A stretch of 64,000 bases of DNA from Candidatus Woykebacteria bacterium (GCA_040876345.1 JBBDPM010000004.1:14980-78979); one strand, 5' to 3'; shown: positions 8,916-18,439, numbered from the stretch's first letter. Made by a program: numbers and translations. Notes: a model not told the origin generated them from the sequence alone.

Positions 8916-9352
8916 ATAAATCTCTTGAGTTTCAGAAAATCAAACATTTGATTTACAGTTTCAGATCCTTCTATCCTTCTCATTATTTCGCGGCTGTGGT
9001 TTTGGGAAAAAATGTTAAGACTGCCTTCCCAGAGAACAGTTCTATCAAGTATGGCCAGCTTTCGATGGTGATTGCCCAGGCAAATTAGCACTTGAACTCC
9101 TACGACTTCAAATGCTCGTATTCCCGTCTCGGATTGTTGTTCGAGTTTGATCTCATGCTCCTTTGGATTTCTCGTAATGACGAACACCCTTACATTTTTG
9201 TTTAGCAATTTTTTAAGAATTGGTAAGAATAATTTCATTCTTTCGTTGGTTATATAAGGACTTTCAATAATTACTTCCTTTTGACAACTGACTAGGTCTT
9301 TTATAAAAGCTTGGTAAAAAGTTGTCTCATCAAAGAGTTGGGAGGAGAACAT
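8912..9352 (-). CDS. PLD-family (single HKD) nuclease, Nuc-like
   Basis: Perfect HxK(x4)D(x6)GSxN motif in HHRKLAILDRTVLWEGSLN. Start overlaps the stop of the recombinase gene (TAATG). Confidence 0.75.
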   Translation of the reverse strand: MFSSQLFDETTFYQAFIKDLVSCQKEVIIESPYITNERMKLFLPILKKLLNKNVRVFVITRNPKEHEIKLEQQSETGIRAFEVVGVQVLICLGNHHRKLAILDRTVLWEGSLNIFSQNHSREIMRRIEGSETVNQMFDFLKLKRFI

Positions 9353-10992
9353 TACTCTTCCTCCTCTTCCTTATGGTAAACTTCCATTAACTGACTCAGC
9401 CAGGCTAAAAGCGGTTCAAAAGAAAGTGCGGTTGGGTCACCATATGCTTTTTGTTCAGACAAAAAAGCTGGTTGGAGGGTATCGTAAGGTTGTTTTAGCC
9501 TCACATCCACAACTGTTTTGTTATCAATAACAAATTCCTCGATAAATGCATTGATAAACATTCTCTTAGTTGTGGGATCTGCGATTTTGTAGAGATCGTA
9601 ACAATTATTAAGTATACTTAGTGTTTTATCTAAAGCCCGAAGTCTCATCTTCTCGTCCTCTGTGGTTGATTGTCTATGTTGATTTAGAACAGCCGTTTGT
9701 CGATCGTACTCAACAATCTTTACTTCATAAATATCTTCCGGTATTCTCTTTTCCAAATGTTCCTCGACTAACCTTAACCGCTTTTCCAAAAGAGCCTTAT
9801 ACGCTTTATCAGCTGTTTCTTTTGTTAACCCGGACTGTTCTTTTACCTCCTGCTCAATTTGCTTAACCCGTATTGAAACTAAATTGTACATTGCCTTAGG
9901 AAGTTGAAGTCTCTTGAATATATTCTCAACCTTATCCTCGAGAATTGATGCTGACACCATTGGTTGGTCACAAAGCTCTCGACCGTTTCTAATTGAGCCA
10001 ATACATCTGTGATAGAGCCACTGACCTCTTTGTAAATCTCTTGTTAAACCACTTCCACACCTGAAACATTTTAACTTACTTGCCGTTAAGACAACATCTG
10101 CCGTATTAGTAGTTCTGGTCTTGGGTTTCTGTCTAAGTTTAAGAACCTCCTGAATTCTGTGCCAGGTTGGATCATTCCACATTGGTGGGTGCTCTCCTTT
10201 TGACTCCACAACCTCGTTCGTTTTTCGATCTTTAAATGTAACAAGCCCTGCGTAGAACTTACTTGAAAGTATTCTCCTCAAACCCTCAGTTCTAATAGGC
10301 CGCCCGTTGTGAGTTAGGTATCCTGAGTTGTTAAGCTCCTTGCATATTTGGTGAAGGGTAAACTGATCAGTAGAATAAAGTTTGCCTGCGTATTTAAGTG
10401 CATCAAATCTTTGTGGATCAATCTCAATCCAACTCTTTCTTCTCCCGTCCTCTAGCAGAATTCGTTTATTCAAGTATCCTTGCGGTGCAACAAACATCCA
10501 CTTGCCATCCTTTGTTCTCTGTTTCATACCTTTTACTACTTCTTGAGCTAGATTTCTTATATACCATTCATTAATCAAACTCATTTGTCTTCGAGCAAAC
10601 CAACCAGCAGGATTTGTGGGGTCAATGGGTTCTGAAGCACTAACAATAGACACCCCAATTTTATTCAAGTCTTTTTCATACTTCTGAAATTCAAAATCGT
10701 TTCTGAAAGCTCGATCGAACTTGTGAATGATTATATATTTGAAGAATCCTTGTTTAGCGTCATTAAGCAATTGGTTAAACTCTTCTCGGTTCTCAGCCAG
10801 CTTCCCACTTTCTAAATCGACATACTCTCTGTAGATTGGCAATTTTGGTGGTAGGATAAGGTTTTGGCCAAACTGAATGGCCTTGTAACAATTGTCGAGC
10901 TGAGCTGGTATCGAGACTTCTTTCTTTTGTCTTTCTTCATCACTCATTCGACAATAAATAGCTACTTTCTCTTCTGGTTCAATCTTTTTCAT
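9352..10992 (-). CDS. Large serine recombinase (integrase)
   Basis: N-terminal resolvase domain with VAIYCRMSDEE (catalytic Ser), then a recombinase domain and a Cys-rich zinc ribbon (CFRCGSGL...HRC). Start MKKIEPEE at 10992, preceded by GGAAGTGA. Confidence 0.85.
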   Translation of the reverse strand: MKKIEPEEKVAIYCRMSDEERQKKEVSIPAQLDNCYKAIQFGQNLILPPKLPIYREYVDLESGKLAENREEFNQLLNDAKQGFFKYIIIHKFDRAFRNDFEFQKYEKDLNKIGVSIVSASEPIDPTNPAGWFARRQMSLINEWYIRNLAQEVVKGMKQRTKDGKWMFVAPQGYLNKRILLEDGRRKSWIEIDPQRFDALKYAGKLYSTDQFTLHQICKELNNSGYLTHNGRPIRTEGLRRILSSKFYAGLVTFKDRKTNEVVESKGEHPPMWNDPTWHRIQEVLKLRQKPKTRTTNTADVVLTASKLKCFRCGSGLTRDLQRGQWLYHRCIGSIRNGRELCDQPMVSASILEDKVENIFKRLQLPKAMYNLVSIRVKQIEQEVKEQSGLTKETADKAYKALLEKRLRLVEEHLEKRIPEDIYEVKIVEYDRQTAVLNQHRQSTTEDEKMRLRALDKTLSILNNCYDLYKIADPTTKRMFINAFIEEFVIDNKTVVDVRLKQPYDTLQPAFLSEQKAYGDPTALSFEPLLAWLSQLMEVYHKEEEEE

Positions 10993-11167
10993 TATCACTT
11001 CCATTTTGTTCTGATAAATTTACAGTGTCAACCATACCTGCTTGTTCAGACAAATAGGTTCGGTCCTTATCAAATGCTTGCCAAACTGCCATAGAAAGCT
11101 CTTCAACTCTAAGTTGCCAGATCTTTAAGCATCCTCATTCTGTTCCCCAGTCTCTTTCCTAATAAGT

Positions 11168-11536
11168 TCAAGGTCTAGCATCTTGCCCTTCCTTAAACTT
11201 CGTTTGATAGCCCCATCTTTTTAGAATGCCTTGAAAGTAGATGGCTCTCTTTCGAACAAGACGTCCTTCGGTGGCGGCAAGTTTAGTAAAGCTCAAAGCC
11301 TCGTATAGTTTCTGGGGGTCGTAGTTATTAGCAAGTAGTCGGTAATAACCAAGGCTTCTCTCGTCACTGAGACCTTGAGCGAGAACCTTCGCCACACTTT
11401 CCTCTTCTAAGCCAAAGGAGCTAACCAAGTGGTTGACTTGGTCTGTTACAGTAATACTGTTAACTGTATTTGAATTCCTCTTAAGACTGTTAACAGTTTC
11501 TTCTTTTCCCTTCAAGGTTTCTTTAAGACTTTCCAT
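11168..11536 (-). CDS. Hypothetical protein with DnaD/DDBH2-like C-terminal motif
   Basis: C-terminal AIYFQGILKRW fits the YxxxIxxxW motif of DnaD-like replication proteins, which are common in mobile elements. Confidence 0.35.
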   Translation of the reverse strand: MESLKETLKGKEETVNSLKRNSNTVNSITVTDQVNHLVSSFGLEEESVAKVLAQGLSDERSLGYYRLLANNYDPQKLYEALSFTKLAATEGRLVRKRAIYFQGILKRWGYQTKFKEGQDARP

Positions 11537-11764
11537 AAACTAAAATCTGCCGGCTCAGAGAGTAACCAGCAGATTACGGCCTCCCTGAAATTGCCAACTA
11601 AAAAGCAGCCCTTGGTTCATCGTTAATCTTTAATCATTTGACGAACTTTCGGCTGCTACCTTGAGCAACTGTGGAGACTGGAAAGTCCTACCACCTTATT
11701 TATTTGTTAATCATATTATAACACAAGCAACAAGATTGTGCTGGAATCTCTTTAATTAAACATT

Positions 11765-11841
11765 GGCCTAGCAGCAAATAAGACGTGAAAGCGTCGGAGT
11801 CGTAATGCGGCACATCCCGTTGACTCTGACGCTGCTAGGCC
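11765..11841 (+). other. GC-rich imperfect long hairpin (GGCCTAGCAGC...GCGTCGGAGTC / GACTCTGACGC-TGCTAGGCC) with a duplicated TGCGGCACAT(C/T)C box
   Basis: Complementarity was read directly from the sequence. Lies between the recombinase/DnaD-like genes and a small ORF with strong RBS AAAGGAGG. Confidence 0.4.
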
Positions 11842-11902
11842 GATGACGAGGGGTGTGTCGCACTATTTTGCGGCACATTCACAACCAAAGGAGGTCTAGC
11901 AA

Positions 11903-12127
11903 ATGGGTTACTGGGAAATAATAGGTATATTGTTCTTGATTTCCGTTCTTCTAGCGGGGATCTTGGAAAAGAATTGGAAACCGCTACTTGGTTTGATTGG
12001 AGCAATCATATTTCTAGTCTTATTCTTTCTCTTTGTGGACTGGCTTTCACCTAAACCTGGTGAAACCACACCCGAATCCGATCCAAGTTGTATCGAAATG
12101 CAAGGGCAAACAAGGTTGGGCTGCTAA
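11903..12127 (+). CDS. Small two-TM membrane protein
   Basis: Strong RBS AAAGGAGG 8 nt upstream. 74 aa, hydrophobic. Confidence 0.4.
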   Translation: MGYWEIIGILFLISVLLAGILEKNWKPLLGLIGAIIFLVLFFLFVDWLSPKPGETTPESDPSCIEMQGQTRLGC

Positions 12128-12414
12128 CCAATTTCCTAGCAAATCTTAACAAGTAGGTACTTACTCAACATTTCTCAACAAAATCGATTCTGTGAGCAAA
12201 TAGGCACGCTCAGAAACTTAGAATAGATGTTTAGGGCGATTTCCCCAAATACTGCGCGACTAGGTGAGGCATTTAGATAAAGTAAATTATTTTCCAAAAA
12301 GGGTGGTGCGGTAGGGCACTAGCATTTTGAGGCTGAAGTTTCTCTAAACTCCTAAATACTATTTAGTTATTTTAAGTTTGCCGACAACGAGAATAATTGT
12401 TAGAATAGACTACT

Positions 12415-13386
12415 ATGAGTCAGAATAAGGCAGCACTTACTAACAAACCAAAGAAGCACCACTATGTTTCTCAGTTCTATCTGAGGGGCTTTCTGGATTC
12501 AAATAGTCAATTAAACATCTTTGATAGGTACAACAAAGTCTTTTTGAAACGTACTCCTGGTGGTATTGCTTATAACGAGAACTACTACACTGTCGACACC
12601 AAACAGGAGAAGGGCAGCACTATTCTTGAAGAGACACTCGGGCTAGTTGAAACAAAAGCAAAGCCAGTAATTGACAAGCTAACTCAGCACGGAGCTGTGT
12701 TAACCAAAGAGGAACGTGAGAATCTTGGCCTTTTCCTAGCTCTTCAACAACAAAGGGTGCCTGATAGTGAAAAAGCTAAGCGGGAAATGGCGGAAAAGAC
12801 TTATAAAGCCGTGGCTCAGAAGTTTGCTCATCTTTTGGCGACAAATAATGAGGCCTTTGAAACCACCAAGAAAAAGGTGCCTAAAGTTAAGGGCTCGCCA
12901 GAATTAACGCAAGAAGATTGGCTTGGGCTTGCTACAGGTGAGAAGTTTAAATTGGAAATTGAGGTACCGCACAGTTTTGTAGTTAAGCAGATGTTTGACT
13001 TGGCGCTTGAAGTCGCTCCGCTTATTTGTCAAATGAATTGGAAAGTTCTTTACGCATCGAAGAGTAGGGCTTTCACTACATCAGACAACCCATTCATCTT
13101 AAGTGGTAGTCCTTGGGCTCCAGGTAGAGGTGTGGGGCTTATTACGCCGAGGTCAAGAAAGTTCTTCCCTTTAACAAAGGGCGCTTGTTTGTTTATGGGC
13201 GATCAGCCAACAGCAACACTGGAGTTTGCTAGTGCTACTTCAGATGGGGTTCGTCAAATTAACAGGTTGACTGCACTTAACAGTGATAGATATATAATCT
13301 CTCATAATCAAGATCTGCTGAAGAGAATAGTAAAGATAACGAAAGTCGATACCTTCATAAAAGAGGAACGAGTTCAAGTAGGATAG
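12415..13386 (+). CDS. DUF4238 family protein
   Basis: N-terminal HHYVSQFYLRGF matches the DUF4238 signature (HYVPQFYL.xF), from memory. Own promoter TTGCCG, 17 bp spacer, TAGAAT at about 12374-12402. Confidence 0.55.
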   Translation: MSQNKAALTNKPKKHHYVSQFYLRGFLDSNSQLNIFDRYNKVFLKRTPGGIAYNENYYTVDTKQEKGSTILEETLGLVETKAKPVIDKLTQHGAVLTKEERENLGLFLALQQQRVPDSEKAKREMAEKTYKAVAQKFAHLLATNNEAFETTKKKVPKVKGSPELTQEDWLGLATGEKFKLEIEVPHSFVVKQMFDLALEVAPLICQMNWKVLYASKSRAFTTSDNPFILSGSPWAPGRGVGLITPRSRKFFPLTKGACLFMGDQPTATLEFASATSDGVRQINRLTALNSDRYIISHNQDLLKRIVKITKVDTFIKEERVQVG

Positions 13387-13388
13387 AT

Positions 13389-13976
13389 TTACTCACAAGC
13401 TGTGCCGTCACCATCCCTATCAAGGTCGTAAATATCATAACCTATTACCTGAACCGGGCCTGAGACATAAGCAGGGCCATTTCCAGATCCCCCAGCGCAA
13501 TCAACATCGCTAGCAATTGGAACACAACCAGAATAGTTGGGGTCACAATTTGATTTCTGAGCTAATGGGGCAACATAAGTGCCGTTCGCCACAATCTTTT
13601 TCACAGGTTCAGTAACAATCTTTTCAGAAATCTTTTTGCGCGAAACCTCAACACCACCCTCATAAGTAACCTCGTACTTGATCTCCTTTGTACCATCTCT
13701 TCCTTCCTGAGTTATCCTCGTCTTACCTTTTTCCAGCGTAGTGTCGATAGCTTCCTCAGTTTCAAAGGAAACGTTCTCGGTTTCGGTAATAGTCTTAACT
13801 TCGTTTGTTGGCTTTGATTCTTGAATGGTACTCTCTACTTTGGGAGCTGGTTTCGGTTCAGATGAGGGTGAAACAGCCGCAGCAAACACAGTGCCGCTTA
13901 CTAACGCGGCACCAATAAAGGCAGCCTTACCGGCGAGCGAGAGAGCGGAGAACTGAGATTTAAGTTTGTTCAGCAT
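13389..13976 (-). CDS. Secreted G5-domain protein with C-terminal Excalibur calcium-binding domain
   Basis: Signal peptide. G5-like segment ITQEGRDGTKEIKYEVTYEGG. C-terminal CDPNYSGCVP...DLDRDGDGTACE is the Excalibur DxDxDGxxCE motif. Confidence 0.6.
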   Translation of the reverse strand: MLNKLKSQFSALSLAGKAAFIGAALVSGTVFAAAVSPSSEPKPAPKVESTIQESKPTNEVKTITETENVSFETEEAIDTTLEKGKTRITQEGRDGTKEIKYEVTYEGGVEVSRKKISEKIVTEPVKKIVANGTYVAPLAQKSNCDPNYSGCVPIASDVDCAGGSGNGPAYVSGPVQVIGYDIYDLDRDGDGTACE

Positions 13977-14048
13977 ATTTCACGGCGATTGTACCATATT
14001 TGCTTGATAAAGTAATAAATTGCCTTTTGGGTCTATAATGAACCGGCA

Positions 14049-14444
14049 ATGCAAGAAGAAACTGAAAGCTCAAGTTCTGGGTCTAACCTCTGTGGTGGTC
14101 TATTTTGGGCCGTCGTTATTATAGGTGGTTTGATCTGGTTTGGAAACAAAGTATACAGAAATAACATCGAAAGCGAGAAGAAGCCTTTTTGGAGTGGGAC
14201 TGAAACTGTGCAAGTTTGCAAAGCTCCGTATTACTCCAGCAGCGACTGCTACAAACTACCCGTAACTTTGATTGACGAGGAAAGGGCACAAATTAGATTC
14301 AACAATGGAGGGTATGTTGTTGTCGGCGGCCTAAATTGTTGGAACGCGGCAAAGTTGGATGAGACTCCTCGTTATGTCTTTTGCAGAAGTGAGGATAATG
14401 AGGGAAACCGTTGGGATTTCCTACCGAACTGGGTAAATTATTAA
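14049..14444 (+). CDS. Hypothetical membrane-anchored Cys-containing protein
   Basis: One TM helix and 6 Cys. No recognised domain. Confidence 0.3.
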   Translation: MQEETESSSSGSNLCGGLFWAVVIIGGLIWFGNKVYRNNIESEKKPFWSGTETVQVCKAPYYSSSDCYKLPVTLIDEERAQIRFNNGGYVVVGGLNCWNAAKLDETPRYVFCRSEDNEGNRWDFLPNWVNY

Positions 14445-14480
14445 AATGGTAACTACTAAACAGGCACTTCAACGCGTGCT

Positions 14481-15587
14481 TTACCCCACCTTATCGTAAG
14501 GATCATATTCGACTTCTTCCGTTTCTGCGAAATTAAAGTCCCCAGAATCATCGTCCTTAATACCTAAGTAACCAGCAAAGCCTGTGTCGAGGTTTATTCC
14601 TTTGACAAGAGTAGGAATCTTTTTGAGTATTTCTTGAGAGTACTTCTCAGCATTGCCATTACCTACCACGTGCAGAATGGTTTCTTCCTTGCAAGATTTC
14701 AGCATTTCTTTGATAATTTCATCTCTTGCTTTGTACCCTATTAGATAAACCTCGTCCGCCTTACTAAACAATTCTTTGCCTGCCGCAATAATCTTTTCGT
14801 AGAACCCAGTCACGAACTTGTACTCTTTAATTGTCAACGGGAGAAATATAAGTGGGTAGAAATGTTGGTTGCCAAATCTACTACTAACAAGAGGGTGTAG
14901 TTGGTTTAGGTCGGGGTGATTTACTTCTACAACCTTTGTGTCTGTAACCTGTAAGGGTGGGGCACTAAAAATTAGACTGCTCGCAAGATCATAACGAACT
15001 CTCATATCAAAGCGACCCTCTTCAGATATACCCCGATCGTCCTTTCTCTTTGGTATCAACCAATTAACTGAGCCGTGAGGTTTGAGATAGACGATATTTA
15101 AGTCATTATTAAGGCAATCATCCAATGTCCAAAATTCTGCGCCAAACACCTCACTCAGGGCTTTATCTAGTAATATATCGTAATTGAAGTTTACCAAGCC
15201 AAACTCCTCCTCACTCTTAGCCAGCTTGTTTGCAAACACCTTATAGAGGTTTGTTTCGTCATAAGTGTCGGATACCGCTCTAAGTAGGTTCCATACATAT
15301 AAAGCTATTCTTCCAAAGAGTCTCATCTCTGACTCCTTTTGCCAAGGCTTCTTTAACTTCTGTACGTTAAGCCAACGTTCGGTTAAATAATCTTCCAAAC
15401 TCTCGTAGCCGGAGACATCTTTTGCCAAGGACTCCAAGTCTTTTGTAGATAAACCTACTTCCTTGGCGCGATCAGCGTATTGCGAGTTAAATAAATCGTT
15501 TGTTACTGGAGATTCGGTCACTACAGTATGAACTTGCGATCCTTTTGAAGCTCCAGCGCCGAAAATGTACACTTTCATAGCTGCCAT
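14481..15587 (-). CDS. SIR2-like (SIR2_2 / DHS-like NAD-binding) domain protein
   Basis: VYIFGAGASKGS at the N-terminus and KPHGSVNWL are the SIR2_2 hallmarks seen in defence SIR2 proteins (ThsA, DSR). 368 aa. Confidence 0.6.
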   Translation of the reverse strand: MAAMKVYIFGAGASKGSQVHTVVTESPVTNDLFNSQYADRAKEVGLSTKDLESLAKDVSGYESLEDYLTERWLNVQKLKKPWQKESEMRLFGRIALYVWNLLRAVSDTYDETNLYKVFANKLAKSEEEFGLVNFNYDILLDKALSEVFGAEFWTLDDCLNNDLNIVYLKPHGSVNWLIPKRKDDRGISEEGRFDMRVRYDLASSLIFSAPPLQVTDTKVVEVNHPDLNQLHPLVSSRFGNQHFYPLIFLPLTIKEYKFVTGFYEKIIAAGKELFSKADEVYLIGYKARDEIIKEMLKSCKEETILHVVGNGNAEKYSQEILKKIPTLVKGINLDTGFAGYLGIKDDDSGDFNFAETEEVEYDPYDKVG

Positions 15588-15650
15588 TCTAGCATTTTTG
15601 GCCTAAATTATACTAGTTTTCCAATTAATCTAACCTTATAATCACCATAT

Positions 15651-16514
15651 ATGCCGTTTTACTTGTATGCCTGGATTGCGACTATTTCCTTTGGTTTTGT
15701 AGTAGTTATAGTTAAGTTTGCCAGTAAGTATTCCATTTCAAACCCATGGCTGTTTAATTTTCTTACTCAACTCATACTAACGCTCCTACTGATACCCACT
15801 GCGATTTACTATCGTTCGTTTTTGCCAAGTGAATGGCTGTTCCTGGGCATATCTTCTGTTTTTAACGCTATCTGGGTACTCATGTACGTTTTTAGCCTAT
15901 ACAAACTAGATGTATCTGTATTCACACCTCTTTACAACTTTAGGGTCATATTTGCTGTCCTTTTTGGCTTCTTTCTGTTGGGAGAGACGCTTGCACTTTA
16001 CCAATTAGCTTTGTTTTGTGTGATTATAATCGGAGGGCTTTTTGTAAGTATTGATGAGAAATTAAGCCTAAAATCATTCTTTAATAAATCAATCGGTTTA
16101 GCTATAGTTGCTATGTTGTTTTTGGTCCTAAGTAATATCTACGCTAAGAAAACCTTGGCTGTAAATGATGTTTGGGAGGTAGCGCTTTGGACAAATGTAA
16201 TCACCACGTTATTTCTGATTCCGACAATCCCGAAATTTCGTAAAGATATAGGAAAACTTGGGAAGAAACAAATCCCTCCCTTAGTTCTAATGGGTTTAGC
16301 TTCAGTAATAGGCACAATTTTCGTCAATCTGGCTTATCAGATAAATGTAGGTGTTACAGCGATAATTCTTGCTATACCAACATCTATGATTTTGGCTGTA
16401 GGCATTTCTATCTTTATACCAGGCTTTCTAGAGAAACATACTAACAAAGTCTACGCAATTCGTTTTACTGCAGCGGCTGCTATGATTGTTGCTGCTTTAC
16501 TGATATCATTGTGA
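15651..16514 (+). CDS. DMT-superfamily (EamA-like) transporter
   Basis: About 10 TM helices with two-repeat architecture. Confidence 0.55.
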   Translation: MPFYLYAWIATISFGFVVVIVKFASKYSISNPWLFNFLTQLILTLLLIPTAIYYRSFLPSEWLFLGISSVFNAIWVLMYVFSLYKLDVSVFTPLYNFRVIFAVLFGFFLLGETLALYQLALFCVIIIGGLFVSIDEKLSLKSFFNKSIGLAIVAMLFLVLSNIYAKKTLAVNDVWEVALWTNVITTLFLIPTIPKFRKDIGKLGKKQIPPLVLMGLASVIGTIFVNLAYQINVGVTAIILAIPTSMILAVGISIFIPGFLEKHTNKVYAIRFTAAAAMIVAALLISL

Positions 16515-16576
16515 CCCTGGATTATTCTCTCTAATCAGTGCTATAGGATTTTTGTGTCGAGATTCTGAGACACCCC

Positions 16577-16806
16577 TTTTTATAGGGTCTCATTTGTCTC
16601 ATTTAGCCTCCTGATGAGACAAGACCCTTGCGACTATAATCGTCCTCGATTTAGTCCACGAGGTGGTCGCAAAGCGCGAAGCGATCTACATCTCGCCGCT
16701 TGAAACTCTGCGAGTTATAATCGCAGATTACATCAGCTCTTGTAACACAAGAGTGTTATAGCGACTGAACTGACCGAGACCCCAATGCTTCACCATTGTT
16801 GTTTCC
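16577..16806. repeat. Intergenic repeat family, copy 1 (~230 bp), ends GGGTCTC...GAGACCC
   Basis: 5' block tttttataGGGTCTCATTTGTCTCA, internal ATTTAGCCTC, and 3' block AGCGACTGAACTGACCGAGACCCCAATGCTTCACCA are shared with copy 2. Contains an internal hairpin GGGTCTcattTGTCTCAT...ATGAGACAagaccc. Confidence 0.8.
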
Positions 16807-16875
16807 TTGGTGACAAATGGCCCAATTAGCTCGAAGGATAAGTAAGTTCAAGAAAGGCAGGAGGGCAGGTAAGAA

Positions 16876-17286
16876 CTACGGTTTGCGAGAATCAGAGGTT
16901 GCACTACCAAAAGCTCTACCATCAGCTTTGGCAGCCTCTGGTTGAGAATCTGCAACACTATTAGCAAAGTCTGCATTGGAGTTTACCTCACTAACAGATT
17001 GTCCAAAAGTTTGACCATCTAACTTTGGTTCCTCAGGGGTTCTTTCCGAAACCCCAAGGTTTGCATTATCTTCTGCAGTTGTATTGTTGATAACAACATT
17101 TGAAGGCTCAGCTCCTGTTGGGTGGTTTTCCTTTACGTATTCGGAAACAGCAGAACCGGAAATTTTTGCTTCATCAGAAGGATTAGTATCTTTTGAAGCT
17201 GGAACAGACCCACTAACTGCAGCAGAAATACTAACTACAATGGCAAGAACGGCAGCAACAAAGGCTTCTATCATAAAATTAGTCAC
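16876..17286 (-). CDS. Hypothetical secreted low-complexity protein
   Basis: N-terminal TM/signal segment, then a Ser/Ala/Asn/Glu-rich region. Confidence 0.4.
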   Translation of the reverse strand: MTNFMIEAFVAAVLAIVVSISAAVSGSVPASKDTNPSDEAKISGSAVSEYVKENHPTGAEPSNVVINNTTAEDNANLGVSERTPEEPKLDGQTFGQSVSEVNSNADFANSVADSQPEAAKADGRAFGSATSDSRKP

Positions 17287-17437
17287 CTCCTAACCAATAG
17301 TGTTATTACTTGTATTGTACAGATAAATTACACATTTATAATTAGGAGCACCTTTCGAAAAGTGGGCTAAAGAACCTTCGTGGTCACCAATTAGCCTCTT
17401 TTGACTAGCCTTCTATGCAAACTGTATAATTAAATTA

Positions 17438-18439
17438 ATGCTCAATCAAAATGTTCCTAATCCACTCGCCAAAAATCCTAATCTCTATACCCACAAAGTC
17501 TTTGCTGCAATTGGAATAATTCTAATAGTAATAATAATTATCTGTGGTGGGATTTGGTATTTTGCCCAAAGTGCTGAAGACAAATCTCCAACAGTAATTA
17601 AAACTTCAAATTGGAAAAGTTATTCTTCTGAAAGAGAAGGAATAAGTTATACTGTTAAGTACCCGTTAAACTTTAAAATTTACCCAAATTTAAAAACAGA
17701 CCAAAACCCGTCCGTAGACTATATCAGTAACCAGTCTTCTCTGATGGAAAATTCGAAGCCAGGCGATATATCAATATCAATTAGTGTAGAAACTTCTGAT
17801 ACTGTTAATGATTCCTACTCTGATTCAAAATTAGGAAATGTTGAGGCTAAAAGAAAAGAAAGCATAGGCAGTTCAGTACATGGCCCAGACTCTTCAATTA
17901 TTGATTATGAAGTGCCTTTCATAAACGGCAAGGATACCCTCATGGTTTCTTGCTATTTTATGCCAGCGGGGGATAAAAAAGGTAGAGACGCTTGCGAAAA
18001 GATAATTGGAACTTTTAATATTATCGTAGATAAAACTTTAAAATGGGATAGCTATACAAATGACAAATTCAAATATTTTTTTAAATACCCGTCAGACCTC
18101 GTGGTTATTAACGCATACGAGGATGTTTTAGGTGTGCCAACTGACGATAAGGGGTATAAAACTACAAGCAAAATTTATATTCAGAATGCAGCAGGTAGAA
18201 TATTCACGTTATCTGTTTTCAAAAACAATCAAAGCCTCCCAGATTTGGAAAACAAAACAAAGACGGATAAAGCAAATTCTAATATTAGCAAACTTCAAAT
18301 TTCGGGAGTTGAAGCAATAGACTTTAAAAGAGATGGAACTAAGTTTATGGAGGTGGTAAACCGTGGCCAACAATTTGAATTTGCGGTTGCTGATGAAACA
18401 AGAATAGACGAAGTGCTTCAAACATTTAAATTCCTATAA
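17438..18439 (+). CDS. Hypothetical membrane-anchored extracellular protein
   Basis: N-terminal TM helix followed by a hydrophilic domain. Confidence 0.5.
   Translation: MLNQNVPNPLAKNPNLYTHKVFAAIGIILIVIIIICGGIWYFAQSAEDKSPTVIKTSNWKSYSSEREGISYTVKYPLNFKIYPNLKTDQNPSVDYISNQSSLMENSKPGDISISISVETSDTVNDSYSDSKLGNVEAKRKESIGSSVHGPDSSIIDYEVPFINGKDTLMVSCYFMPAGDKKGRDACEKIIGTFNIIVDKTLKWDSYTNDKFKYFFKYPSDLVVINAYEDVLGVPTDDKGYKTTSKIYIQNAAGRIFTLSVFKNNQSLPDLENKTKTDKANSNISKLQISGVEAIDFKRDGTKFMEVVNRGQQFEFAVADETRIDEVLQTFKFL

Noticed and set aside
16626-16636. CTGATGAG, the hammerhead ribozyme core heptamer, inside repeat copy 1
   Set aside because: It is simply the complementary arm (ATGAGACA) of the TGTCTCAT hairpin. 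No GAAA box or helix II/III arrangement follows it, and copy 2 lacks it.
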